From assembly GCF_009914755.1 (NCBI RefSeq), contig NC_060928.1: 64,000 nucleotides of DNA, one strand, 5' to 3'. Within the stretch, counting starts at the first letter, position 1; each line of letters opens with the position of its first letter. Both the position numbers and the translations under genes were made by a program. The DNA comes from the human T2T-CHM13v2.0 reference genome, Homo sapiens. The notes beneath the pieces were generated by a model. It did no database searches and was not told where the DNA came from. It was given only the letters and a program-made list of their open reading frames with translations. Below are positions 1 to 14,431 of this stretch, piece by piece.

Positions 1-687
1 AAGTTAGCATCCATGTTCTATAAGAACTAAAAATAAAGTTCTCTTTTGCCCTATCTTAAATTGTGTGTCTGGCATTAAATGAAAGAATGGAATATTCAGA
101 AACTTCAGATTTATATAATAGTATTTACTATTCCCATTATCAATCATTTCTATAACTAAAGTTTCTAGTAGTTCTCTAATAGCAAACCAATCTTCAAATG
201 TGACATTTAAGGAAATATAGTTATATGCTTTAGCTGCAGCTCTAAAAATTATAATTATTGAAAAACCTCAAGCAATTTATTAAATGAAATCATTAGCATT
301 ATATAACTATAGCTACACAATATCAGTCTTAGAAAAACATTATTCTCATATAAATAATATAAATAATATAAATATGACACAAGAAAATAAGGAAGAACCG
401 TGTATGTAAAACACATGTAAAAACGTGCTTCTAGACGAAAATTTCAGTTGAAAGAATCTTTTAATATAGAATAATGGTGTTTGTAGTGGTAGAAGGAAAA
501 GGTGCTATATCTCTTTATGCAAATCACATTTCACAATGTGGACAGGCACCAATAAAATAAGTTTTGTTTAAACTCCTAGTATAAAGTAATGCTAATGGGT
601 CATTTTTAAAAACATATGATAATTTCTGACACTACACACTCCAAAAAGCTTTTCATTACAACCACCCAGGGTCTTCTTTGTCCTCAG

Positions 688-756
688 GCTTTGCCCAGCA
701 TCTGAATTGAATGTACGGTGCATAACTTCTATATGTTGAATTTTGCATGTATCATG
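688..756 (+). pseudogene. Candidate decayed exon (phase 0-0) of putative plus-strand pseudogene
   Basis: tcttctttgtcctcag|GCT...ATG|gttagc; 69 bp reads ALPSI*IECTVHNFYMLNFACIM with one TGA. Confidence 0.3.
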
Positions 757-848
757 GTTAGCAATAAGTAGATCTATATCCACTGATAATTTCACTGTAT
801 ATCTTCACATTTGATTGTTTTCTCAGGAAATAATTTACTTTTTCACAG

Positions 849-950
849 GAGATGGAAATATTTCTTGTAGACAGATAATAATATTCATAGTTGATAAATA
901 TTGCAACTGGAGTTTTAGAAAGGAACAGTCCAGGTGGAAACTTATTAGAT
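849..950 (+). pseudogene. Candidate decayed exon (phase 0-0)
   Basis: tttactttttcacag|GAG...GAT|gtatga; 102 bp reads EMEIFLVDR**YS*LINIATGVLERNSPGGNLLD; the stops TAA/TAA/TAG are each one C>T change from Gln codons. Confidence 0.3.
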
Positions 951-1329
951 GTATGAACATGCATGAATAAAAAGGCATTATATATTTTTTATACATACAC
1001 ACACGTATATATGCAGTATCAATATTTATGCGTTTATCTCACAATATGGGTTTAAATAAATTCTATGATTAATTATGTTCAAAACATAATTATCATTCTT
1101 CATTTTCCAACTGCTGCTTATTCCTGTCTAGAATCAATTAATGGCAATTCAAAAACATGTTTAAACATTAAAAAAAATTCTGTTTATAAACATAGTGCCA
1201 AGTAAGTACCTTTCTGTGTTAACTTTTACCCAAATATTCAGCTGTTACTAAACTCAATTTAAGGGACTGGGTCTCTAATATAATCAATTGGCATAAAGAA
1301 TGCCATCTTTCCATGCTCAAGTTTTGCAG

Positions 1330-1387
1330 TTATTGAGAAATAAGTCCAGAGTAAGGCAAACGGCAGTCCAAATTATCACAATTACAG
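1330..1387 (+). pseudogene. Candidate exon (phase 0-1)
   Basis: gttttgcag|TTA...ACA G|gttaag; open frame LLRNKSRVRQTAVQIITIT; phase matches both neighbouring candidates. Confidence 0.25.
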
Positions 1388-1499
1388 GTTAAGTTGATCT
1401 TTGTGAAAGAGTCTAATTGCTGTGGGCAAGTGTGTTTCTTAATAGTGACTGCTGAATTAAATATGCTTACTCATATAAGTAAGTGGCTTGAAAACCACT

Positions 1500-1890
1500 G
1501 CCTTCCCTGACTAAATGATCAGGAACAATGAAAAATATTTTCTATGTGGGCAGGCCCATTCCCAAGAAGGACAAAGAGGAAGGAGCTATGCTACATAAAG
1601 GTTTGAGCTGATGAACAGCCTAAGACACAGGACAACCCTCTCCGCTTAGGGACACAGGAACACTTCATCTCTGACTCTTCCGTATCCTAGGATACTTCCT
1701 TATCCTCATGGTCAAAGATGGCTTATCAACACCACATTTTCATTTTAACTTACTGGAATGAGAAATGAAGGGCAAGCAGGTTCCTTTGGATGATATGATT
1801 CAGAATTTACATACATCATTTTATTAACCTCTTTTTGTTACAGTTTATTCACATGGCCACAAAGAGCCATAAAGGAGGCTGGGTGGGCTT
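1500..1890. mobile_element. Old ERVL-MaLR LTR fragment (MLT1-like)
   Basis: Degenerate MLT1-type motifs (gtcaaagatggc..., cacatggccac...aaggaggctggg); boundaries approximate. Confidence 0.45.
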
Positions 1891-1978
1891 TCCAATTTAT
1901 TTTATGAGAATTAAGGAATAGAATTTAGTTCTATGTTAATATATACCTCATAATTTAGATTAGCCACTATTCTATCAT

Positions 1979-2139
1979 TATATATATATGTGTATATATA
2001 TGTATACATACGTATATATGTGTATATATGTATACATACGTATATATGTGTATATATATGTATATATACGTATATATGTGTATATATACGTATATATGTA
2101 TGTATATGTGTATATATGTGTATATATATGTATATATAT
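1979..2139. repeat. (TA/TATG)n compound microsatellite
   Basis: Alternating purine-pyrimidine run tatatatatgtgtatatatatgtatacatacg... Confidence 0.95.
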
Positions 2140-2281
2140 AATTTTGGTTATGTTAAAGGTTATCAGATAGAAGTACACTTTTAAAACAATCAATTAGGTT
2201 ACAACGTGTAAACTTCAAGCTCAGATAGCAAAGGATAACACATTTTCTGAATCAATTGTTTTCCTAAATTTCATTTAACAG

Positions 2282-2442
2282 ATAGTAAGAGTTTAGATAT
2301 AGAAGAATATCCTCACCAAGGCACTAAAACCTATTACATTTTAGAAAATGAGACTTGGAAGAGAGCGTTTGGATCATGAAGGATACCTGTGATTCGATTC
2401 CACAAGAAATTTACAGTCTTAATTTCTAAGGTGCTGGACACT
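2282..2442 (+). pseudogene. Candidate decayed exon (phase 1-0)
   Basis: ttttcctaaatttcatttaacag|AT...ACT|gtatga; reads SKSLDIEEYPHQGTKTYYILENETWKRAFGS*RIPVIRFHKKFTVLISKVLDT (53 codons, one TGA); retains CpGs. Confidence 0.4.
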
Positions 2443-2615
2443 GTATGATTTCTTCCAGGTCTATAGCTTGAGCTCTTTTGTATTTGCCTGCTTCCTTAAT
2501 GTTGGTTTTCTTGACAGGTTCCATCACCAGGTCACTTCCCATTACTCTGTACATATGCTTCCCTTGGAATGTCTTCCACTTTCCTGTTAGCAGTCACCAT
2601 CTGTATATTAATATA

Positions 2616-3575
2616 TAGTCATGCACCACATAATGACGTTTCAGTCAACAATGGACCACATATGACAGTGGTACCATAAGATATTATGGAGACCAGGTGT
2701 GGTGGCTCACACCTGTAATCCCAGCACTTAGGAAAGCAAAGGCAAAAGGATAACTTGAGCCCAGGAGTTTGAGACCAGCCTGGGCAACATAGTGAGACAC
2801 AGTTCTCCACAAAAAGTAGGAAAAAAAAAAGATATAATGGAGCTGAAAAATTTCTATCACCTAGTGATACCTTGATAATCTGGGCCCTGTGTAGGCCTAG
2901 GCTAATGTGCATCTTTGTGTCTTAGTTTTTAACAGAAATTTTAAAAATTAACAAAAAGTTATAAAAACTTATAGAATAAGGACATAAAGAAAGAAGATAT
3001 TTTTGTGCAGCTGAACAATGTGTTTGTGTTTTAAGCTAAGGATTATTACAAAGGAGTCAAAAAGAAATTTAATGTTTATATAAAGTAAAAAAATTACAGT
3101 AAGCTAAGATTAATTTATTATTGAAGAAATGTTTTCATAAATTTACTGTAACCTAAGTGTGCAGTGTTTATAAGGTTTACTATAGTATACAGTAATATCT
3201 AGGCCTCCACATTCCCTTACCACTCACCCACTGACTCACCCACAGCAACTTCCAATTCTGCAAGCTCCATTCATGGCAAGTATTCTGCACAGGTGTACTA
3301 TTTTTTATGTTTTATGCCATACTTTTACTGTATATTTTTCTCTAGTTTGTATACACAAATACTTACCATTATGTTACAATTGGCTACAGTACAGTACAGT
3401 GAGATGCTACACAGGTTTGTAGCCCGGTAGCAATAGGCTATACCATCTAGCTTAGGTGTGTAGTAGGCTATACCATCTCGATGTGTGTAAGTACACTCTG
3501 ATTTTCCCACAATGACTAAATCACCTAAAGATCTATTTATCAGAATCATTCCCTGATCATTAAACAATGCCTGAG
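2616..3575 (+). mobile_element. Tigger3/MER7-type TcMar-Tigger DNA transposon, interrupted by an Alu monomer
   Basis: Ends tagtcatgcaccacataatgacgtttcagtcaac and gatcattaaacaatgcctgagta resemble the Tigger3 termini; internal taggctataccatctag motifs. Confidence 0.8.
2691..2830 (+). mobile_element. FLAM-type Alu left monomer
   Basis: ggtgtggtggctcacacctgtaatcccagc...gcctgggcaacatagtgagac plus A tail; flanked by aagatattatgga / aagatataatgga TSD. Confidence 0.85.
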
Positions 3576-4689
3576 TATATGATGCCTGGTAAAAACTCGA
3601 AAAGTAGACCAGAAACTTTTGCTTCCATAGTTAAAGAGATAAAATCACCCAGAATCAGAATGTATATCATTATGTGACATTCGAGTGGTCCTCATTAATT
3701 ACATAAATATTAGCCAACCAAGAATCTATTGCCTGCATATATGTTTTTTGAATCTACCTGTTTTCCTATGCTTCCTGATATAGCTAAGCTTAGTTTACTT
3801 ATCATCCCATGTATAATTTATAACTCTATAAAGAGACTTTTTAAATCACCATTTCAATTTTACTAATGATGAAATTAAGGTACAGTAATAACAGTAATCC
3901 ATGTCACATGCTTAGAGATTAGAAAGGCCTGGATTTCACATCAAGCGGTGATATCCCACAGCCCATATTCTATAGCCTATTCTGTGTTTTATCTCCTGCA
4001 ACTCCCTAAAGCCCTTCATCATCTGTCACTTCTACCATAGCAACAGATTCCTTCTGTCTTGTCCTTCACCTGTGGTATCAAATAAAACCCAACCAAATTC
4101 ATGCTAATTACTACCCATGAATAATAATAGAAATTATGATTTCTCAAAAGTCTGAGCTTTCCAGTGTCTATCCCTGACCACATCTCCAGCTCTATCTTTG
4201 ACAAGTCCATGCCCTAGACTTTTTACTCCAACAGTATCGGACTGCTTGTAATTCTCTCTTCACCACGTTCTTCCTTTTTATTTTTGCTCAGGTTTTATCC
4301 TCTGCCTAAAGATTGTTCCTTTCCCGTATTACCACCATTATTTACTTGAATAACTTAGCCATTCTTTGAGGTACAGTTCATTGTTTACCTCCTTCAGGAA
4401 TTTTCATCGATTAGGCAGGTTAGCCATTCTTCAGGATTTCCATAATGAATTTTGCATATTTCTATCATTTCTCTTACCAAATTAAATTATAATTACATTT
4501 AAATGTTTTCTTCTGCTTCAGTGGTTGTGATCACCCAGATATCAGAAGTTACCTTATATTTTTCTCATGAATGTTCAATGACTCAAAATTCACAGAAAAT
4601 AAAACTAGAATGTCAATATATTGCTTGTTACTTACAACTATAACTAAAAGAGGACCAGTCAAGTCTTCTGACAAGCTACAGGGGAGGAT

Positions 4690-5060
4690 ATATTAGTCAA
4701 GATAAGCCAGGCTTTGTTGCAGTAACACACAATCCAAAAACTGTAGTGGCTCATGCAATGAAAATGTATCACTCACATATAATTCACTGTAGATCTGAAA
4801 CTCTCCATAGCAGCTCTCTGCTATGAGTAACCCATTGATCCAGAATACTTTGAACCTATCCTAGTGACTTTGACATCTCCACATGAGGTCAGTACTTTTG
4901 TTAGAATAGGGAAAGAGAGAGACCTTAGAATTCTGCAGGGTATTATACTCCCTTATCCAAGAAGTGCCTTGCATCACATTTGCTTATATTTCAATGACCA
5001 CAAGTAGTCACATTGTCCACCTAACTAGCTATAAGGGGACTGGAAATATAGTCTTCACTT
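4690..5060. mobile_element. Old MLT1-type MaLR LTR
   Basis: tattagtcaagataagccaggc...gcagtaaca start; cacattgtccacctaact...gactggaaatatagtc. Confidence 0.55.
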
Positions 5061-5315
5061 ACATCCAGGAAAAAAAAGAAAATTACAAATTATAATAAAT
5101 TACATACATGGGTGACCCATGCATTGAGGCAAATTTTGAAGTTGGGGTTTTATATTTATATAAACATTTTCATTTGCTGCAGTCACCAAAGAAATGAATT
5201 GCCCTTAATTGGAAAGAGTATTTCCTTACTCCAACTAATTTTCAGACAGTATATCTTAAACGCTTTTGTTTATAAAAATAATAATTATTGAGAATGAAAG
5301 TATATATTTTTCCAG

Positions 5316-5379
5316 AAATATCAATTTAATCATTTTATGAAACCCTAAAATATCAATTTAATCATTTTATGAAACCCTA
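5316..5379. repeat. Perfect 32-bp tandem duplication
   Basis: aaatatcaatttaatcattttatgaaacccta occurs twice, at 5316-5347 and 5348-5379. Confidence 0.95.
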
Positions 5380-6062
5380 AGTATCTGAAAGGGACATATA
5401 TGGACAACATTGTTTCCAACATTTATAGATTTATTTTACTGTGTTTTAAGTCAACATTATCTCACGGATTTACATTGAGTCATATTACAGAAAGTGTCAC
5501 ATAGACTCACTCAATACAGTACTATTTTAGAGATGTTTAAAAAGTATGTTTCCTAACTTGAGAATTTCCTCTTTATCATAAATCATGAAAGAAATTAACC
5601 CCAGGTCACAAAGACAAAAAAAAAATAAACAAAACAAAAGCAGATCTTCCAAACAACCAGTTTGTTATATTCTTTTGAGTCATTTGTATATCAAATGAGT
5701 ACATTTAGTTCTTTGTTTTGATCACAAGAGCTCCCGATGCCATGATGTTGCACCTTCACTTCTGTCAGCTACATACAGCCATGTGTTTCCATTTTTGTAC
5801 ATTGATATATTCTTTGGTGCTATGCTTTAATGTGTTTCCCAAAGTTTATGTGTTAGAAATTTGATCCCCAATTCATTAGTGTTGGGAGGTGGGGCCTAAT
5901 GGAGGATGTTTTGGTTATGTGGGCACTCCTCTTATGAATGGATTAATGCTGTTATAGCAGGAGTGAGTTCCTTATCTCAGGAGTGGATTCCTTGGAAAAG
6001 AATGACTTTGGCCTCCTTTTGTCTCTCTCCCCACCTCTTTTCCCATCTGCCTTATGCCATGA

Positions 6063-6469
<407 letters not shown>

Positions 6470-6479
6470 TCCTGTTCTT

Positions 6480-7283
6480 TTTTTTATATAAATTTAACAG
6501 CTACAACTGGAATTTTGTTACATGAATATATATGCATAGTGGTGAAGTCTGAGCTTTTAGTGTAACCATCACCTGAATAGGGTACATTGTACCTATTAAG
6601 TAATTTCTCATCCTTCACCCCCTCCCATCACCCCACTTTTCAGAGACTCCAGTGTCTATTATTCCGCCCTTTATGTCCATGTATATGCATTATTTAGCTC
6701 CTATTTATAAGTGAGAACATGACTTTCTGTTTGAGTTGTTTCCCTTATGAAAATAGCCTCCATTTCCATCACTGTTGCTGCAAAAGACATGATTTCATTC
6801 ATTTTTATGGGTAACTAGTATTCCACTATGCACGTACACACACACGTGTGTGTGTGTGTGTGTGTGTAATATATACCACATTTTCTTTATTCAGTCATCC
6901 ATTGATGGACACTTAACATTGATTGCATATTTTTGCTATTGTGAATAGTGCTTCGATACACATTTGATGGCAGGTGTCTTTCTGATATGGTGATTTAGTT
7001 CCATTTAGGTTTATACCCTGTAGTGGGATTGCTGAATTGAATAGTAGTCCTATTATCAGTTCTTTGAGAAATATCCAACTAGGGATTTTACAAATTTACC
7101 TTCCCACTAACAGTGTATAAGCTTTCCCTTTTCTCTACATCCTTGCCAACATCTGATTTTTTTTTTTTTTTGTATTTTCAGTCTAACCATTCTGACTGAT
7201 GTAAAATGATTTCTCACTGTGGTTTTAATTTGCATTTCTTTGATGATTAGTGATGTTGAGCATTTTTTCATATACTTGCTGCA
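6480..7283 (-). mobile_element. L1 3' end fragment (L1PB/L1MA-like), containing (TG)n at about 6846-6867
   Basis: gtgagaacatg, ttttctttattcagtcatccattgatggacactta, gtggttttaatttgcatttct antisense L1 3' motifs. Confidence 0.85.
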
Positions 7284-7342
7284 TGCTCTTTGTAAATTAC
7301 CCAGTCTCTGATTTTATGTCATAGCAGCACATAACAGACTAA

Positions 7343-7727
<385 letters not shown>

Positions 7728-8942
7728 TAAAGTTTTATATATCTTTTTAATCCTCTGAGCTGACGAAAGTTCATAAGCAGATAATCAAGTTACTCCTGTG
7801 TTCATTCTTGGGAATAAATATCTCAAAAAAATACTTTCTCCTTATAGAAAGGTCATATATGCCTGCTTCAGCCACAGGTTATACCCTTTTATATTGCTGT
7901 GTGGATTAAAACTCCAAACTCCAGGGAGAAAAGAATCTGATTAGCTCTGCTTGATTCAGATGCTCATTGCTGGGCAAATCAACTTAGACTGTACATGGTC
8001 ATGTAGCATAAACATGGGTGCTTATTAATCACCCATACGGGTCAGGTGGGAGGAAATTTAGCATAATAATGATAAAGCTGCTTTCTATGATTTGTATCTA
8101 ATTAATGTATACATTTCTACTAAAGCTAGCCTAGGATCATTTTCACAGTAGTTATATGCCGAATTTATATTGCTTCCATTTTTTTCCTGAAGACCCATAG
8201 TGTATCACCCCAACACTACTTAAGCACAGAACTTGGAAACCTTTATTTACTATTCATTTCATTTTCAAAGTTCTTAAAATAAAGGTACATTATTCAAATG
8301 CATATTGATGCTGCTGTGACTAAAAGAAGTATTGAGTTTATTTTTCAAGTTAAAGGAAGTTAAAGTTTTAAAGTCTTTTTGAAATTATTAAAATAATACT
8401 ATGTGAATGACAGGCAGTAACATTTAGTTTAACTATCAGGAAAGAAGTTTGTTCTTTATTTTGTGTTGTGTTTTGAAAAATTCTAATTAACCTGTTCAGT
8501 TTTGTTTGTCTGCCCTTTAAAGGAATCTTATAAGTTGTGTGAAAAATTATGGATAAGACCTACAAAATGTTTTATAAAATATACAAATATTAGAAAAGTT
8601 TTACAGAAGCTTTATTTATTTAGCTTTCATGCTTTTAAAACTCCAAATTTATTTAAATACCCTTATCTTTCTAAAAACTGGTATGCTATAATATAGTTAG
8701 AATTAAATCTAAGGCATGAGCTCATCAGAAAATGTTTATTATAATCTATATTCTGAAGAAAATACAAAAATTATATAGTTTCATATACACCAACTACAAT
8801 ATTATTGCTAAAGATGAATGTGAGACTTATTCTTGCCTTCTCTGTCTTCCCCTACCCACAACACACTATATTTTCAATCTGAAATGGTTTGATTTGAATT
8901 GCAAATCTCATCACACATATAGTTTTATTCTTTTCTATCTGG

Positions 8943-9143
8943 ATGAGTGACAGTGGTATATAAGAGTTAACAAACCTTATCCAGTCTTAAATACATTTCT
9001 GGTATTGAAAGCTAACAGAGCTGAAAGTTGAATGGGAGAAAGCTCAGCTCCTGTATTCATTCTTTTATTTGTGTTCTGAAAGGGCCTTATGGAGGAAACC
9101 TGATAGAAATGTCATGGCATTACTAAATAGATCGAAGTCCAAG
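8943..9143 (+). pseudogene. Candidate decayed exon (coiled-coil-like)
   Basis: 9012-9143 is an open 44-codon frame LTELKVEWEKAQLLYSFFYLCSERALWRKPDRNVMALLNRSKSK ending AAG|gtagga; the same frame upstream reads MSDSGI*ELTNLIQS*IHFWY*K after a pyrimidine tract. Confidence 0.45.
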
Positions 9144-9510
9144 GTAGGAAAATAAAAGGTTGGCTTTGCTGCTTCTTTTGTCATTTTACAAGCAGTGGAT
9201 AGTGCTTTCAAATGAGGGCCTGAGGCTATGTGTGTCCTTTAATTCCCCAGCCCCTGAGAAGAAGTGAGTCCATCCCTCAATGTTCTACTGAAAGAAGCCT
9301 TTAAAGAAACTTTATGTTCCAAGAATACAAATCCCTTCTAAGGATGACAACAAAATGGGGGCGGGGTGGGGGGAATCTCAATTAAAGAGGCATGTATTCC
9401 TGCACACAGGAATATCCAACACCAACATGAGAACTGGTCTGGGAAGATTATCATCATGACTACATTGAAATGTATATTCTGTGATTGCTTGTACTTGGTT
9501 TTACTTGAAG

Positions 9511-9602
9511 ATGGGGTTCAATCTTTAAATTGTATGTGAAGTAGAGTGATAATTTGAGTGTCACAGGAGATTACAGCTACATTGCTAACATATGACAATC
9601 AA
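9511..9602 (+). pseudogene. Candidate decayed exon, frame uncertain
   Basis: ttggttttacttgaag| ... CAA|gtaagt consensus donor; all frames contain stops. Confidence 0.2.
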
Positions 9603-9699
9603 GTAAGTGAAAACACTACGATGTTTTCTAATAATTTCCTAGAAAAATTAGCAACTTGTTTTTTATTAGAGGTCACAAAGTATTATAGAAAAGCTAAGT

Positions 9700-9900
9700 G
9701 TTTGGAGTTATACAGTCCTGTGTCCATAATCCTGACTCATATCATTTCTAAGTTTCTACCTCGGACATGTTAGTTAATGTCTGAGCTTCAGTTTCTGGCC
9801 TTATTAAGTGAGGATAGTATTAGGGAGTATACTGAGCCCTCTCAAAGATTAATTGAAATAACATAAGTAAAGCATCAGAACATATCAAACTCTCAGGAAT
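9700..9900 (+). mobile_element. MIR fragment
   Basis: cctcggacatgttagttaatgtctgagcttcagtttc MIR-core-like. Confidence 0.5.
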
Positions 9901-10479
9901 TAATTTCATTCTCCTCATTAAAATTAATTTGGCTCTAATACAGATGGTTGCATTTACTTTGATTTTTTCTAACTGATGACAATTATAGGTTATTCTAGTT
10001 CTGCCATTTAGAATAATTAAATATGATTAATCATTTCTTTTACAGAGTATTAATTGTTAGCGATTAAATAAAAATAAAAATCTGGAGCTCAATTTTCAGG
10101 CAGAATAAATGGATGCATACTGTACCTCAGTCTCTCTTTAATCAGTGAAGCTTTGAGGGGCAAATTAGAATAATATACATCTGTGCTAGAATATGACTAT
10201 CTGAAAATAAAGCATTCTTTTGCCTAATAGTGTAACACTGCCATTGATAATAAGATGATAAAATATTTTAGATTGAGAAAACAAAATAGCTATAGATTTA
10301 ACCTAAAGCTAATTAAGAAAAATGATGTAGATGTTAGCTCTATGGTTTAAATGAGATAATACCTGTAAACAGGTATTTATATGTCCCTCTTCTCCTGAGA
10401 CAGTTCTGGGTTGCATGTGAAATACTAGTAATATTATTAATATGACCTTCTTCACTTTCAAAAAAGCACCATTATTCCA

Positions 10480-11430
10480 ATTATTAGAAGAAAACATACA
10501 TTTTTAGCTGATTTGGGGTAAAGCTTTCTAAATATGATTCAAATTTTTTGAATCTAAATAGGATTCATATTTTCTTTTATTCAAATAAAAGAAACTAGTG
10601 ATAAAGTCAACTCTGTTAAAAAAAAAACTATTGTATGAAAAAACACCATAAACAAAGTCAAAAGAAAATGAAAAACTGGAAAAAATTATTTGCAATATAT
10701 ATCACAGAGAAAGAGATACTGTTGAAAGGATTCTTAAAAATGGAAGAAAAAAGACCAAATCTCAATGGATTAAAAAGAAAAACATGCAGATATTTGTCAA
10801 CAGATATGCAAAATATTTCTAAGTACATTAAAAGATGTTCCATTTCACTCTTAACAGAAATGCAAATGAAAACTACCCCAAGGTACCAATTTTCACCTAT
10901 GAAATTTGTAAAACTTCAACAGCCTGATACCACACTCTGTTGGCAAAGCAGTGAGGAAACAGACACTCTCATACACTGCTAGCAAATGTGCCAAATGGTA
11001 CAATCCCACCTCCAGGGTTTAACTAAAGATACAACTAACTATTGGTCCTAAAGATACAACTTCACAAATGTAAAATAGCATGTGAACAATTTTATTTACT
11101 GAGATATTATTTGCCATAACAAATTATTGGAAACATGAATTTCCATGGAAGCATAAAGAAATAAACAAGCGTACAGAATCTCTACAAACTTAACATGGAT
11201 TGGTTTCCAAGATTTATCGTTTGGTGAAAGAAAAAAGGGTTCAAATAACACTTCATAATCCACAGTTTTGAAAGAAAGAAATAAGAAAGCAATATATCTT
11301 CTTACTATTTTTGAGGCAAGAAACTTAGGAAAAATAAATCAGGGTAATAAAAATCATTACCCTGAGTGAGTGGGAAAAACTGGAGTTAATGGGATGGGGT
11401 TGACAGTGAGAATTTGCTGAGCGCATTTTT
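10480..11430 (+). mobile_element. Old L1M (L1MC/ME-like) ORF2 3' region
   Basis: ORF 10635-10982 resembles the L1 ORF2 C-terminus (NWKKLFA, KRCSISL..EMQMKTT.RY, TLIHC). Confidence 0.75.
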
Positions 11431-11439
11431 TGCCATGTG

Positions 11440-11826
11440 CAATTTCTTTAGCAGCGTTTTCTAGTTCCCCTTGTAGATATTTTTCATCTCCTTGGGTAAA
11501 TGTATTCCTAGGTATTTTATTTTTTGGTTATTGTAAATGGGATTTTGTTTTTGAATTGGCTCTTAGCTTGAATGTGATTAGTGCATAGAAATTATACTGC
11601 TTTTTGTCCATTGATTTTGTATCCTGAAACTTTACTGAAGTCATTGATAAGTTTCAGGAGTCTTTTGGAGAATCTTTATGGTTTTCTAGGTATAGAACTA
11701 TATCATCAGTGAAGAGAGAGAGTTTGACTTCTTCTGTTCCTGTTTGGGTGCCTTTTGTTTCTTTCTCTTGCCTAATTACTCTGTCTATAATTCCCAGTAC
11801 TATGTTGAATAGGAGTGGTAAGGGTA
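11440..11826 (-). mobile_element. L1 ORF2 fragment, antisense
   Basis: aaatgtattcctaggtatttt, ttgtatcctgaaactttactgaa, ccagtactatgttgaataggagtggt. Confidence 0.85.
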
Positions 11827-11829
11827 GGC

Positions 11830-12525
11830 AGTATTCACTCCTTATCTGCAGTTTTGCTTTCTGCAGTCTCAGTTATCTCCAGTCAACCACATTCCAGAAA
11901 TAAGCAATTCATAAGTTTCTACTTGCATGCCATTCTGAGTGATGTGATGAAATTTGCACTGGCCTACCCATCCTGCCAAGGACACAGATCCCTTTGTCCA
12001 GCAGATCCACACTGCTGACACTACCCACTTTTAGCCACTTGGTAGCCCTTGTAGTTATCAGATCTACTTTCTCATGGCATTGCTTGTGTTCAAGTAAAGC
12101 CTTGTTTTACTTAATAGTGGCCCCAAAGCGTTATCAGTAGTGATACTGGCAATTCAGATATGCCAAAGAGAACCCGTAAAGTCCTTTCTTAAGTTAAAAG
12201 GTAAAAGTACTCAATTTAATGAGGAAATATAAATCTTATGGGAATGTTGCTAAGATTTAGAGTAAGAACCAGTCTTTTATCTGTAAATTTGTGAAGAAGG
12301 AAAAAAAAATCACGTGCTGTTTTTCTGTCACACCTCAAACTGCAAAAGTCATAGCCACAGTGCATGATAAGTGCTTAGTTAAGATGGAGAAGGTATTACA
12401 TTTGTGGGTGAACATGAACAGAAATGTGTTCTGACAGATCACAATCAGGTTTAGTACTATCCACAGTTGTATGCAACCACTGGGGGTCTTAGAATGTGTT
12501 TCCCAAGGATAAGGGGGTTCTACTG
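11830..12525 (+). mobile_element. MER44 (Tigger7-derived) DNA transposon
   Basis: TIRs cagtattcactccttatc / gataagggggttctactg. Confidence 0.8.
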
Positions 12526-13504
12526 TATAATTTTTATATACACTGACTTTTGAATCATGTTAATATTTCATATGTTCAAAAATAAAACAAAATCATAAGA
12601 GATAAAATAGTCAACCCCAAATTACATCTGAACAAAAGCAAACCTGACTCTTTTTGAAATTAGTAACACACACAAGAAAAAGAATGAATTCAAGTGACTT
12701 TTGGACAGACTACTCTAACAGTATATACTTAGTGGTATCTGCTCTAATTATAAAAATAACCACAAAGGAATTGCTTAGTTGGTTTGTTTATGATTGTGGT
12801 ATAAATATAGTTAATCTAAAATTCTTTTACTTGTCACATAGGATAGGGCACATAGGTAAATATAGTTGACCCTCCATGTCGATTGGTGGGTTCTGCATCT
12901 GTGTGTTCAACCAACCACTGATTGACAATATTCTGCCAGGCATTTTTATAAGATAATATGTTTTGTATTGGCTTCTTACAAGAAAGTTGGTAACATGAAA
13001 TGCAGAAATTATAAGTTTTTAAATAATATGTTTTATTTATATATTTAAGTATATTATATACATTTTTAAAGTATGTATAACATATGTGACAGATAATATG
13101 TTCATTTCTTTATACTTTAAAGAGATTTTGCAAACCAAGAAATTGACATGAATGCCCCAAAAGGAAAAAAGCAAAGGAGATAAAAGAAACATTACATAAA
13201 AGCAATTAAAATGACTGAAATAAGTAGGGGGAAAGTTTAAACTGACTAAATATCAAAGGAACACAGTTAAAAAGCAGTTATAATTCCTCACCTTCAGCTT
13301 AATAAATATTAAAATAAATAATAAAAACAAAGTAGTTAATATTAATTAAAGTTCACACTCATGACATGTTAGAGATTTAGGTGGGACTGTAAATTGGTAT
13401 AAACTTCCAAGCAATTCATACGGGGTCTTAAAAAATGTGTATAATCTTGACTAAATAAGTTCATTTCTGAGAAATTATCCTCAATAAATAATCATGCTAA
13501 TAGA

Positions 13505-13907
13505 TGAAAGAGGCAGATGTAGGAGAGTCCCCAGAGAATCTCCGGCCTGCCCCACAAGTGTTTACATCAGATGCTTTAGTGCAGATGAGGGAACCTGCCC
13601 AGGGTCTTATCTGGGGATGCTTGCAACAGACTGGGGCCTGACATGCACACTGGGAGAACACAGTGGAGCCATCAGGAATTTGCACCTTCTGCAGAAGAAC
13701 CTGGCCTTGTCAGCTCGTGTGTGGTGGCATAGTATTCAATCTGTGGGGTGGGAGCCTATTGGCAGAACCCCTCTTTTTTGCTGAGAGCTTTCTTTTAATA
13801 AATTCTGCTCTCCTCAACTTTCAATGTGTCCACGTGCCTAATGTTTTCTGGTCATGAGACAAGAACCAGGATATTAGCTGAGCTAAGAAGCAACAAATCC
13901 TGCACCA
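13505..13907 (+). mobile_element. ERV1 solo LTR, MER61-like
   Basis: tg...ca ends, gtccccagagaatctcc, gctgagagcttt, aataaa at about 13797, gagacaagaacc...gctgagctaag. Confidence 0.7.
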
Positions 13908-14120
13908 AGGCTTTGTGCAAAGGTAGAGTTATAATGTTATTTTTCTAGCATTGTTTGTATTATCAAAAAATTGTAAACAACTCAAATGTTCCAAAATGAA
14001 AACTAATTAAGTTAATCATTGAACATCTATACAGTGGAATATCATGCAGCTATTACCAATTGCACTAAGGAAACATACCTACATTGTACATTTTTACATT
14101 TTAAAACATAATAAATTTTA

Positions 14121-14431
<311 letters not shown>

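Noticed and set aside
592-964. Minus-strand ORFs of 67 and 68 aa
   Set aside because: No recognisable homology; they overlap the plus-strand exon candidates and are probably antisense shadows or chance.
1978-2193. Y/I/T/V-rich ORFs
   Set aside because: Translations of a (TA/TATG)n microsatellite.
13603-13622. Possible p53 response element, since MER61 LTRs are known p53-site donors
   Set aside because: The site reads ggtcttatct ggggatgctt; the CWWG core is broken in both half-sites.
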